Origin: an uncultured Candidatus Entotheonella sp.
Lineage (GTDB): Bacteria > Tectomicrobia > Entotheonellia > Entotheonellales > Entotheonellaceae
Length of the DNA: 64,000 nucleotides
Reading direction: 5' to 3'
Assembly: GCA_965217185.1 (NCBI GenBank)
Contig: OZ244252.1
Span: forward strand, 1,248,001-1,312,000
Positions within the stretch are counted from its first letter, which is position 1. Each line of letters opens with the position of its first letter. Under the pieces are notes generated by a model. It saw only the letters and a list, made by a program, of their open reading frames with translations, searched no databases and was not told the DNA's origin. Position numbers and translations under genes: made by a program. Below, in pieces: positions 50,547 through 59,596 of the stretch.

Positions 50547-51575
50547 ATGTATTTTGCCGCTTCACCCAACACTTACCTGTTGGTCCTGGTCCCCGTCGTG
50601 CTGGCGTTGTACGTCTATGCCTTCGTCCGCAAGCACCAAGCCCTGACGGCCTTCATGGACCCGTCGCTGATCTCGCGCCTTTTGCCCGGGCGCAGCCGCA
50701 GACGGCAATGGGCCAAGGCGCTGTGCATGGTTGGCGCCGTGGCCGCCCTGGTGGTGGCGCTGATGCAGCCGCAGTGGGGCATTGATTGGCAGGATATCCC
50801 GCGGCACGGACGCGATCTCATCATTCTTTTGGATGTTTCGATCAGCATGAAAGCCCAGGACGTTTTGCCGAACCGTCTCGAACAGGCCAAACAGGCGGTC
50901 GCGAAACTGGTGGAATATCTGCAGAAAACGGGCGGGCACAGGTTGGGCCTGGTTGCCTTTGCCGGCAGGGCAAGCTTGCAATCCCCGATGACGCTGGACT
51001 ATCCCTTTTTTCTCAAACGCCTCGAACAGGTGGGGCCGGAAACCGTCACGCGCGATGGTACGTCGATCGGCGCCGCCATCCGGCAGGTTCTTGAAGGCTT
51101 CAGCAAGATTGAACACGAGTACACCGACATCATCATTCTGACCGACGGCGAAGACCACAACAGCTTCCCCCTGGAAGCCGCCCGTCTGGCCGCCGCCAAG
51201 AAAATGAACCTCTACACGGTTGGCATCGGCGACGCCAGTCAGGGTCACTTGGTGCCGATCAAGTGGACGGAGGAGGGTTTGCCCTACTTCGCCAAGTATA
51301 AGGGGCAGGCGGTACGGTCGCAGATGAACCAGAGTCTGCTGCTGGAAATGGCCCGGCTGACGGACGGCGCCTATCTCCCCGGCGGAACCCGCGAGGTGCC
51401 TCTCGATCGGCTCTACCGCGACGAGATCGCCGACAAGCCCCGGCGCAATATCGAGGTCTCCGAGCGCGAACACCTCATTCACCGCTATCACTGGTTTGTG
51501 TTGGCTGCCGTGCTGCTGCTTGCCGCCGACATGTTGCTGCGCGAGCGGAAAATCCCCGTGGAGAGGCAGATATGA
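50547..51575 (+). CDS. VWA-domain membrane protein (BatB/MxaL-like)
   Basis: ALMQPQWG, MIDAS DVSISM, PNRLEQAK, LTDGED. Confidence 0.88.
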   Translation: MYFAASPNTYLLVLVPVVLALYVYAFVRKHQALTAFMDPSLISRLLPGRSRRRQWAKALCMVGAVAALVVALMQPQWGIDWQDIPRHGRDLIILLDVSISMKAQDVLPNRLEQAKQAVAKLVEYLQKTGGHRLGLVAFAGRASLQSPMTLDYPFFLKRLEQVGPETVTRDGTSIGAAIRQVLEGFSKIEHEYTDIIILTDGEDHNSFPLEAARLAAAKKMNLYTVGIGDASQGHLVPIKWTEEGLPYFAKYKGQAVRSQMNQSLLLEMARLTDGAYLPGGTREVPLDRLYRDEIADKPRRNIEVSEREHLIHRYHWFVLAAVLLLAADMLLRERKIPVERQI

Positions 51576-51593
51576 GAGACAGAAAGGGACAAC

Positions 51594-52412
51594 ATGACGA
51601 GTAAAGGCATGCTGTTGGCGTTAGCGGTTCTGGTGTTGCTACCGCTCCACGTGCAGGCTGAATCGCCTTACAAGGCTGTGCAACGGGGCAATGAATTTTA
51701 CGAGGCGGGTGAATACGACGCCGCAGGGCTGCATTATGCCGCCGCCAGCGAGGCCCTCCCCGAGGCCGCCGAGATTTACTTCAACCAGGGAAACGTACTG
51801 TACAAGAAGCGCAAATTCCTCCAGGCCCTGGCGCATTACACGAATGCTTTGCAATCGGTTGACGGCGTTTTGGAAAGTCGCGTCAAGTACAATCTCGGTA
51901 ACGTCGAGTACCGCCGCGCCCTGATTGCGATGAGCACGCCGCAGGACTCCATGCTGCTGTTGCGGTCGGCCATCACGTACTACCGCGACAGCTTGGCGGT
52001 CGACCCGCAACAACAAAACGCCCGCTACAATCTGGAGTTGGCGCATCGCCTGCTGCGCCAACTGTACGATGAATTACAAGAGGACCGGCGGGATAACGCC
52101 GATGACGGCCGTAATTCGGAACGGAAATCGGAAAGCGACGAGTCGAAGCAGCGGCAGTCTGAGCAACGCGACTCGCGGAAGGATAGCAAGGAAGACGAGG
52201 GTCAGGCGGGCAGTGAGGCATCACGGAGCGTCATGTCCGACAGCGGTATGGAGGAGTCGCCAGAAGACATGGAAATGCCCGAGGACCTGAGTCTGGAAGA
52301 AGCCGAAATGAAACTAAACGAATTTCGTGATCGGGCGAAAAAGATCGCGGAAATGCGCCAGGAATGGAAGAAGGCTCGCATGCGCGACGGCAAGGTGGAG
52401 AGATACTGGTAA
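51594..52412 (+). CDS. Exported TPR protein with charged tail (BatC/MxaK-like)
   Basis: Signal peptide; YFNQGN, YNLGN, ARYNLELA; low-complexity linker; ends in ..RYW. Confidence 0.85.
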   Translation: MTSKGMLLALAVLVLLPLHVQAESPYKAVQRGNEFYEAGEYDAAGLHYAAASEALPEAAEIYFNQGNVLYKKRKFLQALAHYTNALQSVDGVLESRVKYNLGNVEYRRALIAMSTPQDSMLLLRSAITYYRDSLAVDPQQQNARYNLELAHRLLRQLYDELQEDRRDNADDGRNSERKSESDESKQRQSEQRDSRKDSKEDEGQAGSEASRSVMSDSGMEESPEDMEMPEDLSLEEAEMKLNEFRDRAKKIAEMRQEWKKARMRDGKVERYW

Positions 52413-52541
52413 TTCTGATTCTGCCGTAGTAAAGAAAGGCGCCTACAGTGGGTTATAGGCGCCTTTTCATCGTCATTGTTTCGGTGGGGCTGCCGATTTA
52501 TCGACATCGTTCGTGCCCATTTACTTTGGGAGTTCATCATC

Positions 52542-53564
52542 ATGCGATTGGTCAATCCCCTGGCCCTGGTTCTCTTGGTATTGGTGCCGCTGCTGCTTTA
52601 CTTGCGTTACCGGCGCCAGCAACCGGCGGTTATATCCTACCCGACGCTACAGGACCTGCGCAGGCTGCCGCGGTCGTTCGCGGTATGGCTGCACCGTGCG
52701 CTGCCGGTCCTGCGCGCGCTGGCGCTGATCCTGTGCGTTGTGGCTCTGGCCCGGCCGCAGTGGGGGTTCGAAACCACCGAGGTGCGGCGCCAAGGCATCG
52801 CCATCGACATGGTCGTGGATACCTCCCGTAGCATGGCGGCGCAGGATTTGGAATTGGATGGCGAGGAAAGGGACCGGCTGGAGGTGGTGAAGGGAGCGTT
52901 TCGTCAGTTTGTGCGGGGTGAAGGCGAAAGTGCCGGTGGGCGTGAGGGCGATCTGATTGGCATGGTGACGTTTGCGAAATACGCTGACGGTGTCAGTCCG
53001 CTGACGCTGGATCACGATATGCTGTTGTCGCTACTCGATCAGATCGAGATCGTCACCCAGCCGGAAGACAACGGCACCTCCATTGGCGAGGCGGTTGCCT
53101 TGGGGGTGGAACGCCTGCGCCAGAGCAAAACGACGAGCAAGGTGTTGATCCTGCTGACGGACGGCAGCAATAACGCGGGGCTTACGGAGCCTGTGGAAGC
53201 GGCCCAGATTGCCAAGGCGCTGGGGATCAAGATCTACACCATCGGAACCGGTAAGCATGGGACGGCCCCTGTGGCCATGCGGACGGCTGACGGCAGGAAA
53301 GTGATTCGGCGCATGCAGGTGTCGATCGACGAAAAGACGCTCCGGCAAATTGCCCACTTGACGGGCGGGCAGTACTTTCGAGCCACGGACAGTGAAGCAT
53401 TGAAGGAAATTTATTCGGAGATCGACCGCCTGGAAAAGACTACCACGGTGGCGCAACACTACCAGCAATACATCGACTTCTTTCCCGCATTCCTGCTGTC
53501 CGGCCTGGGGCTCGTGCTGCTGGAAGCCGTGCTCGTCAACACCCGTTTGCGAACGGTTCCGTAA
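52542..53564 (+). CDS. VWA-domain membrane protein (BatA/MxaC-like)
   Basis: ALARPQWG, DTSRSM, GTSIGEA, LLTDGSNN, KIYTIG, TGGQYFRA, IDRLEKT. Confidence 0.9.
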   Translation: MRLVNPLALVLLVLVPLLLYLRYRRQQPAVISYPTLQDLRRLPRSFAVWLHRALPVLRALALILCVVALARPQWGFETTEVRRQGIAIDMVVDTSRSMAAQDLELDGEERDRLEVVKGAFRQFVRGEGESAGGREGDLIGMVTFAKYADGVSPLTLDHDMLLSLLDQIEIVTQPEDNGTSIGEAVALGVERLRQSKTTSKVLILLTDGSNNAGLTEPVEAAQIAKALGIKIYTIGTGKHGTAPVAMRTADGRKVIRRMQVSIDEKTLRQIAHLTGGQYFRATDSEALKEIYSEIDRLEKTTTVAQHYQQYIDFFPAFLLSGLGLVLLEAVLVNTRLRTVP

Positions 53565-53586
53565 TTCCCCATCGATGGAAAGGTCC

Positions 53587-53677
53587 GTCACCTTGGCGCA
53601 GGCCGGGGTCCAAGGGTTTTGTGATGGGCTGATGGCGGGTCACGCCATTCCGGCACGCGCCGGAATGGCGTTTTTTT
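53587..53677. repeat. REP-like element (family copy 3) whose right hairpin plus T7 forms an intrinsic terminator
   Basis: GTCACCTTGGCGCAGGCCGGGGTCCAAGGGTTTT...CGCCATTCCGGCACGCGCCGGAATGGCG-TTTTTTT. Confidence 0.7.
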
Positions 53678-54128
53678 ACTTGCGAAGGGTATCCAACTCA
53701 AGGATAACACCGGCAGTGCCGAGCGGTACCAGTCCCGGTGTGCTGGCAAACAGCTCGCCGGGCACGACGGAGAGGACGTCGCTGTCTTTGTCGGTGAACA
53801 CCTCTACAACGTAGGATTTCCATTTGCTGCGACGGGACATGTCGAAAGTCGGCGCGATACGGAATTCAACAGGCAGGGTGAACGTAGGCGAGATTGCATA
53901 TTTTGCGTCAAGTTCGACGCCGTTTCCCGGATGGAACAGTTTGATAATCAGTCGGTCGGTGGGCGAGATGTGATGAGCGAGACCAGCGCCGATACGGATC
54001 GTTCCCTGGATCGTTTTCTTGGAATCATCAGCCGCCCAGGCGGCATTGAACAGCCATCCAACAAGTAGGCACACACCGCATACGAACCCGATTCTCGCCA
54101 ATTGAGACAGCCCTCGGTGGATTGTCAC
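53676..54128 (-). CDS. Exported hypothetical protein resembling the CcmI/CycH C-terminal Ig-like domain
   Basis: GTG start overlapping the upstream TGA; signal peptide ending AWA; TIQGTIRI...FTLPVEFRI...PGEL pattern. Confidence 0.55.
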   Translation of the reverse strand: MTIHRGLSQLARIGFVCGVCLLVGWLFNAAWAADDSKKTIQGTIRIGAGLAHHISPTDRLIIKLFHPGNGVELDAKYAISPTFTLPVEFRIAPTFDMSRRSKWKSYVVEVFTDKDSDVLSVVPGELFASTPGLVPLGTAGVILELDTLRK

Positions 54129-54568
54129 TGAATGTAGATGTCCAAATTTCCGGCGTCGGTCCAACCCGTAAACTGCACGCGCGAAAAGCGGCGGTGCACT
54201 ACGTTGAGGCGCTGGTAGAACTCTACCGTGAACGCCACTTGGATCTGGCCTCCCTCCTGCCCGAGCACCCGTACCCACGGGGCCATCATGTCTTCAAGTA
54301 TTTCACCGTCGATAAAGATGCACAGGTCCTCGTCGTTCTCGTTGCGCAGTTCCTTCCGCAATGCCTGAACGTCCTTGCCGGCGCGCTGCCCCGCCGCCGC
54401 TTGCCCGTAGGCTGCCTGGCTGACGCAAACCCACGAGCCTCTGAGCAACGTGTGCGGCCGGTCATCGTCGTGGTGGCCCTGGGCGACGCCCATCAGCAGG
54501 ACGATAAGCAGCGTTGCGAGGCTTACGATATTCATACGAACCCCCACGGCCCACTCCCTTCTTGCCAC
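54125..54568 (-). CDS. Exported hypothetical protein
   Basis: Signal peptide (LATLLIVLLMGVAQG), HHDDD N-terminus, two Cys; operonic between cytochrome c and the next gene. Confidence 0.65.
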   Translation of the reverse strand: MARREWAVGVRMNIVSLATLLIVLLMGVAQGHHDDDRPHTLLRGSWVCVSQAAYGQAAAGQRAGKDVQALRKELRNENDEDLCIFIDGEILEDMMAPWVRVLGQEGGQIQVAFTVEFYQRLNVVHRRFSRVQFTGWTDAGNLDIYIQ

Positions 54569-54570
54569 GA

Positions 54571-55029
54571 TTAGTAATCCTTCCAGTTCGCCCCGTCCAG
54601 AGCGAGCGTTTCAAGATAGACGCCAATGTAGGAAATCTGTTCGGGGTTCAGCACCCCGGCCCACGGCGGCATTTTCAACTTGGGCCTGCCGGCTATGACG
54701 ATGGATACGAACTGGCTGTAGCCGGCCCAGAAGCGGCGCAAGTCCTTGGCATAGCCGCCCCAGCGCGGGGAGATGCCGTCGGCTTTCACCCCATGGCATT
54801 GCACGCACCAAGTAAAATAGAGCTTGCCCCCTTCGAGGGCCGCGTCGCACTGCCCTGAGTAAGGATTCGACGACGGCAGCGGATTTTCAGGAAACGTCAG
54901 GGTGTTGGTTCCGTCCGTGCATTCCTCGGCAGCTAGCGCATCCGTGGGACCGTGAAGCATAAGAAAGCTCAGTACCACGAATACCGCGGCAAGAAACCAC
55001 ACCCGAGTCTTGCCCGAGTCGGTTATCAC
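54571..55029 (-). CDS. Periplasmic monoheme cytochrome c (cytochrome cL/XoxG-like acceptor)
   Basis: NPYSG...GGKLYFTWCVQCHG (CxxCH), KMPPW; GTG start after AAGGAG; directly downstream of the PQQ dehydrogenase. Confidence 0.88.
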   Translation of the reverse strand: MITDSGKTRVWFLAAVFVVLSFLMLHGPTDALAAEECTDGTNTLTFPENPLPSSNPYSGQCDAALEGGKLYFTWCVQCHGVKADGISPRWGGYAKDLRRFWAGYSQFVSIVIAGRPKLKMPPWAGVLNPEQISYIGVYLETLALDGANWKDY

Positions 55030-55058
55030 GTTTGTTTCTCCTTCTCTTACGGCAAACA

Positions 55059-55105
55059 GAAAAAAACGGCGGGGCAAGAAAGCCTTGCGCTTCCAGCCCC
55101 GCCGT
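55059..55105 (-). terminator. Intrinsic terminator between the PQQ dehydrogenase and cytochrome c genes
   Basis: Minus strand: ACGGCGGGGC-loop-GCCCCGCCGT followed by a T-run. Confidence 0.75.
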
Positions 55106-55118
55106 CATCAGCCTGTGT

Positions 55119-56909
55119 TTACGGGAGCGCGAACGTGACGAGCGCTGCGGACGACTGATAGTTGACCATCTGGTCCCCGAACAGGGCCAGCACGGCGCCG
55201 GCAACGTAGGTACCATGGCCAACTACCATGGATACGTACTGCTTGCCATCGGCGTCGTAGGAAATGATACCGCCGTTGTGGCCGGTACCGTTGTTGAAAC
55301 GCCACAGGACGTCGCCGGTTTCGGCGTCCAACGCTTCCGCATAGCCGTCCATGGTGCCGTTGAACACCAGGCCGGTTGCGGTGGACATCAGCGCCGAGTG
55401 CGGAATGATGTCATAACGCTTGTCCCAGGCCAGCTCGGCGGTCACCGGGTTACGCGCCGTGATGCGTCCGTGCGCCTTGTCGCCCGGCGGATGCGTGCCC
55501 ACCCATTCGGCAGCCATGAAGACCTGCGCGAACGGCTCGGTCACGCGCGTCTCGGTACCGAAGGAGATGGTGGTGCCGCCGCCCTCGGGGGAAACCGTCA
55601 GCCACATGCACCATTCGTTGACCACGCGATAGTGCAACCCGGTCTGCGGGTTGTACGTGCCGGCGTTCCAGCTATGGCCGCCATCGATAGCCGGGCAAAC
55701 CAACGTGCGCTCGCCAGGCTTGGGCCACAGCATGTTCTCAAACTCGCCCGTTTCCAGATTGAAACCGCTCGTCCAATTTTGGCTCTTCTGGGCCGGGTAC
55801 ACGTTCACGGGCTTGCCGCTCTTGGGCTCGTGCACGTGGTTGAAACCGTTCTTGCCAGGGTGGAGAAGCAGGGTCTGGCCGTTGTCTTCGAACAGGACGT
55901 ACTCGCCAGGAGAGGCGTCGTAGTCGTAGGGATCGCTCGGCGCTTCCTGGAAGTACCAGTTCAGCTTGCCGGTATCCAGGTCCAGGGCGATCGTGGAGGA
56001 GGTGTACAGGTTGTCACCCGGGCGCCAGCCATTGGCGTTCGGGTCGCGGCACTGATCGCCGCAATAGTCGTAGTCAGGATCCGGATTGCTCGTGCCCATC
56101 AGGATCTGGTTGTTGGTGTAATCAACGGTGCCGGGCTGCCAGGAGCCGCCGCCGCCGTACTTCCACGAGTCACCGCCCCAGGTGGCGAGGGCTGCGGGGT
56201 CGCCGCGGCCCGTGGTGTAGAAGGTCCACTTCAAATCGCCATTCTGAGGATTGAGACCGAAGATGCGCCCCTCAATCGGATACTCGCCGCCGTTCTGACC
56301 GATGACGACCAGGTCGGAATTGACGAAGGTGGCGGAGCCGCTGAAGCCCGCGGTGTCCTTTTGAGAGTTGACCAGCTTGCGGTCCCACATGATCTCGGCG
56401 GTGTTCTCGTCAATCGCCACCACGCGGCCATCGGCCAGGCCCATGTAGATACGACCGTCGCCAATGGAGGTGCCGCGGGAGTGAGCGAAAACGGAGCGCG
56501 CCACAACGGCCTCGTCCATCTCCGGTGTGAAGGCCCAGATGCGCTCACCCGTCGCGCCGTTGAGCTTCCAGATCGTGGACGGGTTGGCGGGGAGGTAAAC
56601 ATTGCCGCCGATGGCCAACGGCGTGCTGTGCAAGCCGCCATTACCGCTGCCGGTGGCGCCGCCGGGCAGGAAGATCCACGCCGGGCGGAGCTGGGACACG
56701 TTGTCCTTGGTGATCTGATCCAGCGGGCTGTGACGCCAAGCTTTATCCGTGGTGCGGTGGTACGCGCACCAGTTCTCAGCCGGGCAGTTCCGGATGCTGT
56801 CAGCGCTCGAGCTGCCATGGCTCATCGCCATCGCAGCCGGAGCCACAAACAGGCCGGCAATCGCCAGGAACGCCAGGGCCTTTCCAAATCTTCTCATTCC
56901 CTTGCACAT
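55119..56909 (-). CDS. PQQ-dependent dehydrogenase (methanol/ethanol family) with lanthanide-type active-site Asp
   Basis: Signal peptide; HSPLDQITKDNV..L, GGEY, GGGSWQ, GTSNP, RPGDNLY, DPYDYD, GKNG, VCPAIDGGHSW, Trp-docking repeats. Confidence 0.93.
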   Translation of the reverse strand: MCKGMRRFGKALAFLAIAGLFVAPAAMAMSHGSSSADSIRNCPAENWCAYHRTTDKAWRHSPLDQITKDNVSQLRPAWIFLPGGATGSGNGGLHSTPLAIGGNVYLPANPSTIWKLNGATGERIWAFTPEMDEAVVARSVFAHSRGTSIGDGRIYMGLADGRVVAIDENTAEIMWDRKLVNSQKDTAGFSGSATFVNSDLVVIGQNGGEYPIEGRIFGLNPQNGDLKWTFYTTGRGDPAALATWGGDSWKYGGGGSWQPGTVDYTNNQILMGTSNPDPDYDYCGDQCRDPNANGWRPGDNLYTSSTIALDLDTGKLNWYFQEAPSDPYDYDASPGEYVLFEDNGQTLLLHPGKNGFNHVHEPKSGKPVNVYPAQKSQNWTSGFNLETGEFENMLWPKPGERTLVCPAIDGGHSWNAGTYNPQTGLHYRVVNEWCMWLTVSPEGGGTTISFGTETRVTEPFAQVFMAAEWVGTHPPGDKAHGRITARNPVTAELAWDKRYDIIPHSALMSTATGLVFNGTMDGYAEALDAETGDVLWRFNNGTGHNGGIISYDADGKQYVSMVVGHGTYVAGAVLALFGDQMVNYQSSAALVTFALP

Positions 56910-57335
56910 AATCTCTCCTTAGTACAAATACCAAATTGTCGCTGAACTTCCTCCCATGCAAGGGAGGCGTCTCAACGATACTCGAATCCAATAGCCAAGC
57001 CCAACCTCAGTGTGAGTAGACTGCGGTTTATGTTTTGTCTATTGGATAGGTCGAAGGCTTATAATCATCCCACCAGCCAACCGTGTCAAGCCCGATTCCG
57101 CTTTGCCAGCCCAATTTGTGCGCTTGTTGTGAAGGTTAACCTCCGCGCCCATGGGCCAAGTCACAGTTGTGGGATACAGGCAGTAGGCTATGATGTCCAA
57201 TCGTCCCGGCGCGATTCGTTCAGCCGGGTGCGTCCTTAATTTGGACCTATTGATCTGCATGGAAAAGCCAAGCTACCCGCAACGGGTCTCCTGAGGATTA
57301 TTCAACGCTGGTAGCCCTTTGAATGGATGTGAATT

Positions 57336-58583
57336 ATGAAAAGTGCAAAGATTATCTACGACATCATTTGGATGATAATCGCGATTCTACTCGCCTCTTT
57401 CCTCACGGTCGTCTTTGATCTGCATGAGTGGCTTATCCAGTACACGCGCCCCTTCGAATCTTGGGAGCTCGATGAGACTCCCTTCTTCCTCTTTTTTGTG
57501 GCCCTGTCCTGTGCTTGGTTTGCCTATCGACGCTGCCGAGAATTGATCACGGAGATCGCCGAGCGCAGGCAGATCCAGAAGGCGCTTACGGACAGTGAAA
57601 CCCGCTACCGTACCCTGGTAGAAGCCTCGGCGCAGGGCATTTATATCTACCAGGAAGGCACCATACGGTTTGCAAACCGGGCGTTGGGCCGGCTGTTTGG
57701 CTATGAAAGCGCCGAAGCGCTGATCGGTGAGGACGTGGAACAACTCTATTCGCCCCATGAAGAGGCGCGCCTGACGGCCTACAACGCTGCCGCTTTGGCG
57801 GGCCATGCCGAGCCGCGGCGTTACGAATGGCACGGCGTGCATCGGGACGGCGCCATGCTCTGGCTCGAAAGTCTTCCGCTGCGCATCACGTGGGACGGCG
57901 CCCCGGCTTTGATGGTTACGGTGCTGGACATCACCGAACGCATTGGCAAAGAGCAAGAACGCCGCAAGATCGCTTACGACATCCACGACGGCATCGCGCA
58001 GTTGATGGTGGGTGCCCAGCACCATCTGGAGGCGTTCGATCACCTCTGGCGCGATGACGCTTCTCTGGCCGAGGATCAGTTGGGCCGCGGCCGTGCCAAG
58101 CTCCGCCAGGCGATTGTCGAAACACGACGGCTGATGACCCAACTGCGCCCAGTCAGCCTCGAAACCCTGGGTTTGATTCCTGCCGTGCAGCAGTATCTGA
58201 ACGAATTGGGCAAAGACGCTGGCTGGGAAATCGACTATCACGCCGCGGTCGCCGTCCTGAATCTCTCCCCGGATGGGGAAACCGCCCTCTTCCGCATTTT
58301 GCAAGAGGCGCTGACGAATGCCTGGAAGCATGCACAGACCTCCATGGTGCGTCTCAACCTGCATACCGAAGGCGAAAAAGACAATCTGCTGGTTGTGTGT
58401 GTCCAGGACTGGGGAATAGGTTTCGTGCCCACCCGTATCCACTCCGATGCTCAAGGTATCGGCCTTATGGGCATGCGTGAGCGCGCTCGGCAGCTGGGCG
58501 GGGTGTGCAGCATCGAGAGTCGCCCGGGCCACGGCACCACTGTGCGGCTGCGGATTCCCCTGCAGCATGGAGAAGCCGTATGA
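57336..58583 (+). CDS. PAS-domain sensor histidine kinase (HisKA_3, NarX-type)
   Basis: Two TM helices, PAS (SETRYRTLVE), ERRKIAYDIHDG, QEALTNAWKHA, GIGLMGMRER. Confidence 0.93.
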   Translation: MKSAKIIYDIIWMIIAILLASFLTVVFDLHEWLIQYTRPFESWELDETPFFLFFVALSCAWFAYRRCRELITEIAERRQIQKALTDSETRYRTLVEASAQGIYIYQEGTIRFANRALGRLFGYESAEALIGEDVEQLYSPHEEARLTAYNAAALAGHAEPRRYEWHGVHRDGAMLWLESLPLRITWDGAPALMVTVLDITERIGKEQERRKIAYDIHDGIAQLMVGAQHHLEAFDHLWRDDASLAEDQLGRGRAKLRQAIVETRRLMTQLRPVSLETLGLIPAVQQYLNELGKDAGWEIDYHAAVAVLNLSPDGETALFRILQEALTNAWKHAQTSMVRLNLHTEGEKDNLLVVCVQDWGIGFVPTRIHSDAQGIGLMGMRERARQLGGVCSIESRPGHGTTVRLRIPLQHGEAV

Positions 58584-59245
58584 GTCTGCGGGAACAGCGC
58601 CGCATTCAGGTCGTGATAGCCGACGATCACCCGGTGGTGCGGGAAGGCTTGCGGAGCATACTTGTGACGGCTGCCGATATGGAGGTTATCGGCGAGGCCG
58701 GTACGGGAGCGGAGGCAGTGGCGCAAGCGCAGGCGCTGCAGCCGGAGGTCATGCTGCTCGACATCCGCATGCCCGACGGGAACGGACTGGCAGTCCTGAA
58801 TCAGATCAAGGCGGTGTCGCCTGATACCAGCGTCATCATGGTGACCATGCACGACAACCCCGACTACATTTCCCGCGCCGTTGCAGCCGGTGCCGCCGGA
58901 TATGTGATCAAAGAGGCAAATCGCCACGAGCTCCTCACGGCAATTCGTACTGTGCTCAATCCATCGGCGGCGCCCACCCCTGTCCTGTTGAGCAAATCTC
59001 AACGGGTGCCGTTCAACGCCGCACAGACGTCGGCGCCGTCCGGCCCCGCGTCGCTTAGCCCGGTCGAACGCGAACTGCTGTTGCTGTTAGCGGATGGGCT
59101 CAGCAATAAAGAAATCAGCTTGCAGTTGCGCTGCAGCTTGGGCACCGTGAAGAACTACCTCCAGCATATTTTCACCACCCTTCAAGTTTCAGACCGCACC
59201 CGCGCGGTTGTAGAAGCTATCCGTCTCGGACTCATTGATCCGTGA
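58580..59245 (+). CDS. NarL/LuxR-family response regulator
   Basis: IADDHPVVREG, LDIRMP, GLSNKEI, TVKNY, DRTRAV; ATGA-coupled. Confidence 0.95.
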   Translation: MSLREQRRIQVVIADDHPVVREGLRSILVTAADMEVIGEAGTGAEAVAQAQALQPEVMLLDIRMPDGNGLAVLNQIKAVSPDTSVIMVTMHDNPDYISRAVAAGAAGYVIKEANRHELLTAIRTVLNPSAAPTPVLLSKSQRVPFNAAQTSAPSGPASLSPVERELLLLLADGLSNKEISLQLRCSLGTVKNYLQHIFTTLQVSDRTRAVVEAIRLGLIDP

Positions 59246-59440
59246 GATTGTAGCCACTTGGCCACAACGTCTTGGCCAGATGGCTTCATTGCGGATTTGC
59301 GCCCTCTTTCGCCGTTGCCGATTCATCACAGACATGGGTATATGGTGATGCAGGAAGCCGCTTTAACTCTTGACTGCGCGCTTCGGGAAGGTGTGAGGAA
59401 ATCGCTCAGACGCGGGCTGTGTGCTGATACCCTCAAATAC

Positions 59441-59503
59441 TCATTCCGGCGCAAATCCTTTGCGTTCGGGAAGCTACCGGACTCCGGCTTCTACCGGAAT
59501 GAC
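59441..59503. repeat. REP-like element (family copy 4, degenerate)
   Basis: TCATTCCGGCGC...CCGGACTCCGGCTTCTACCGGAATGAC. Confidence 0.55.
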
Positions 59504-59596
59504 GAGAACAGGCGGTCCGAGCCGATACCGTCAGAGGTTGCGGACTTGGGCAGATTTGTTCTGATCTTCCCCTAAAACGGAGTGCGTGGGCGAGCG

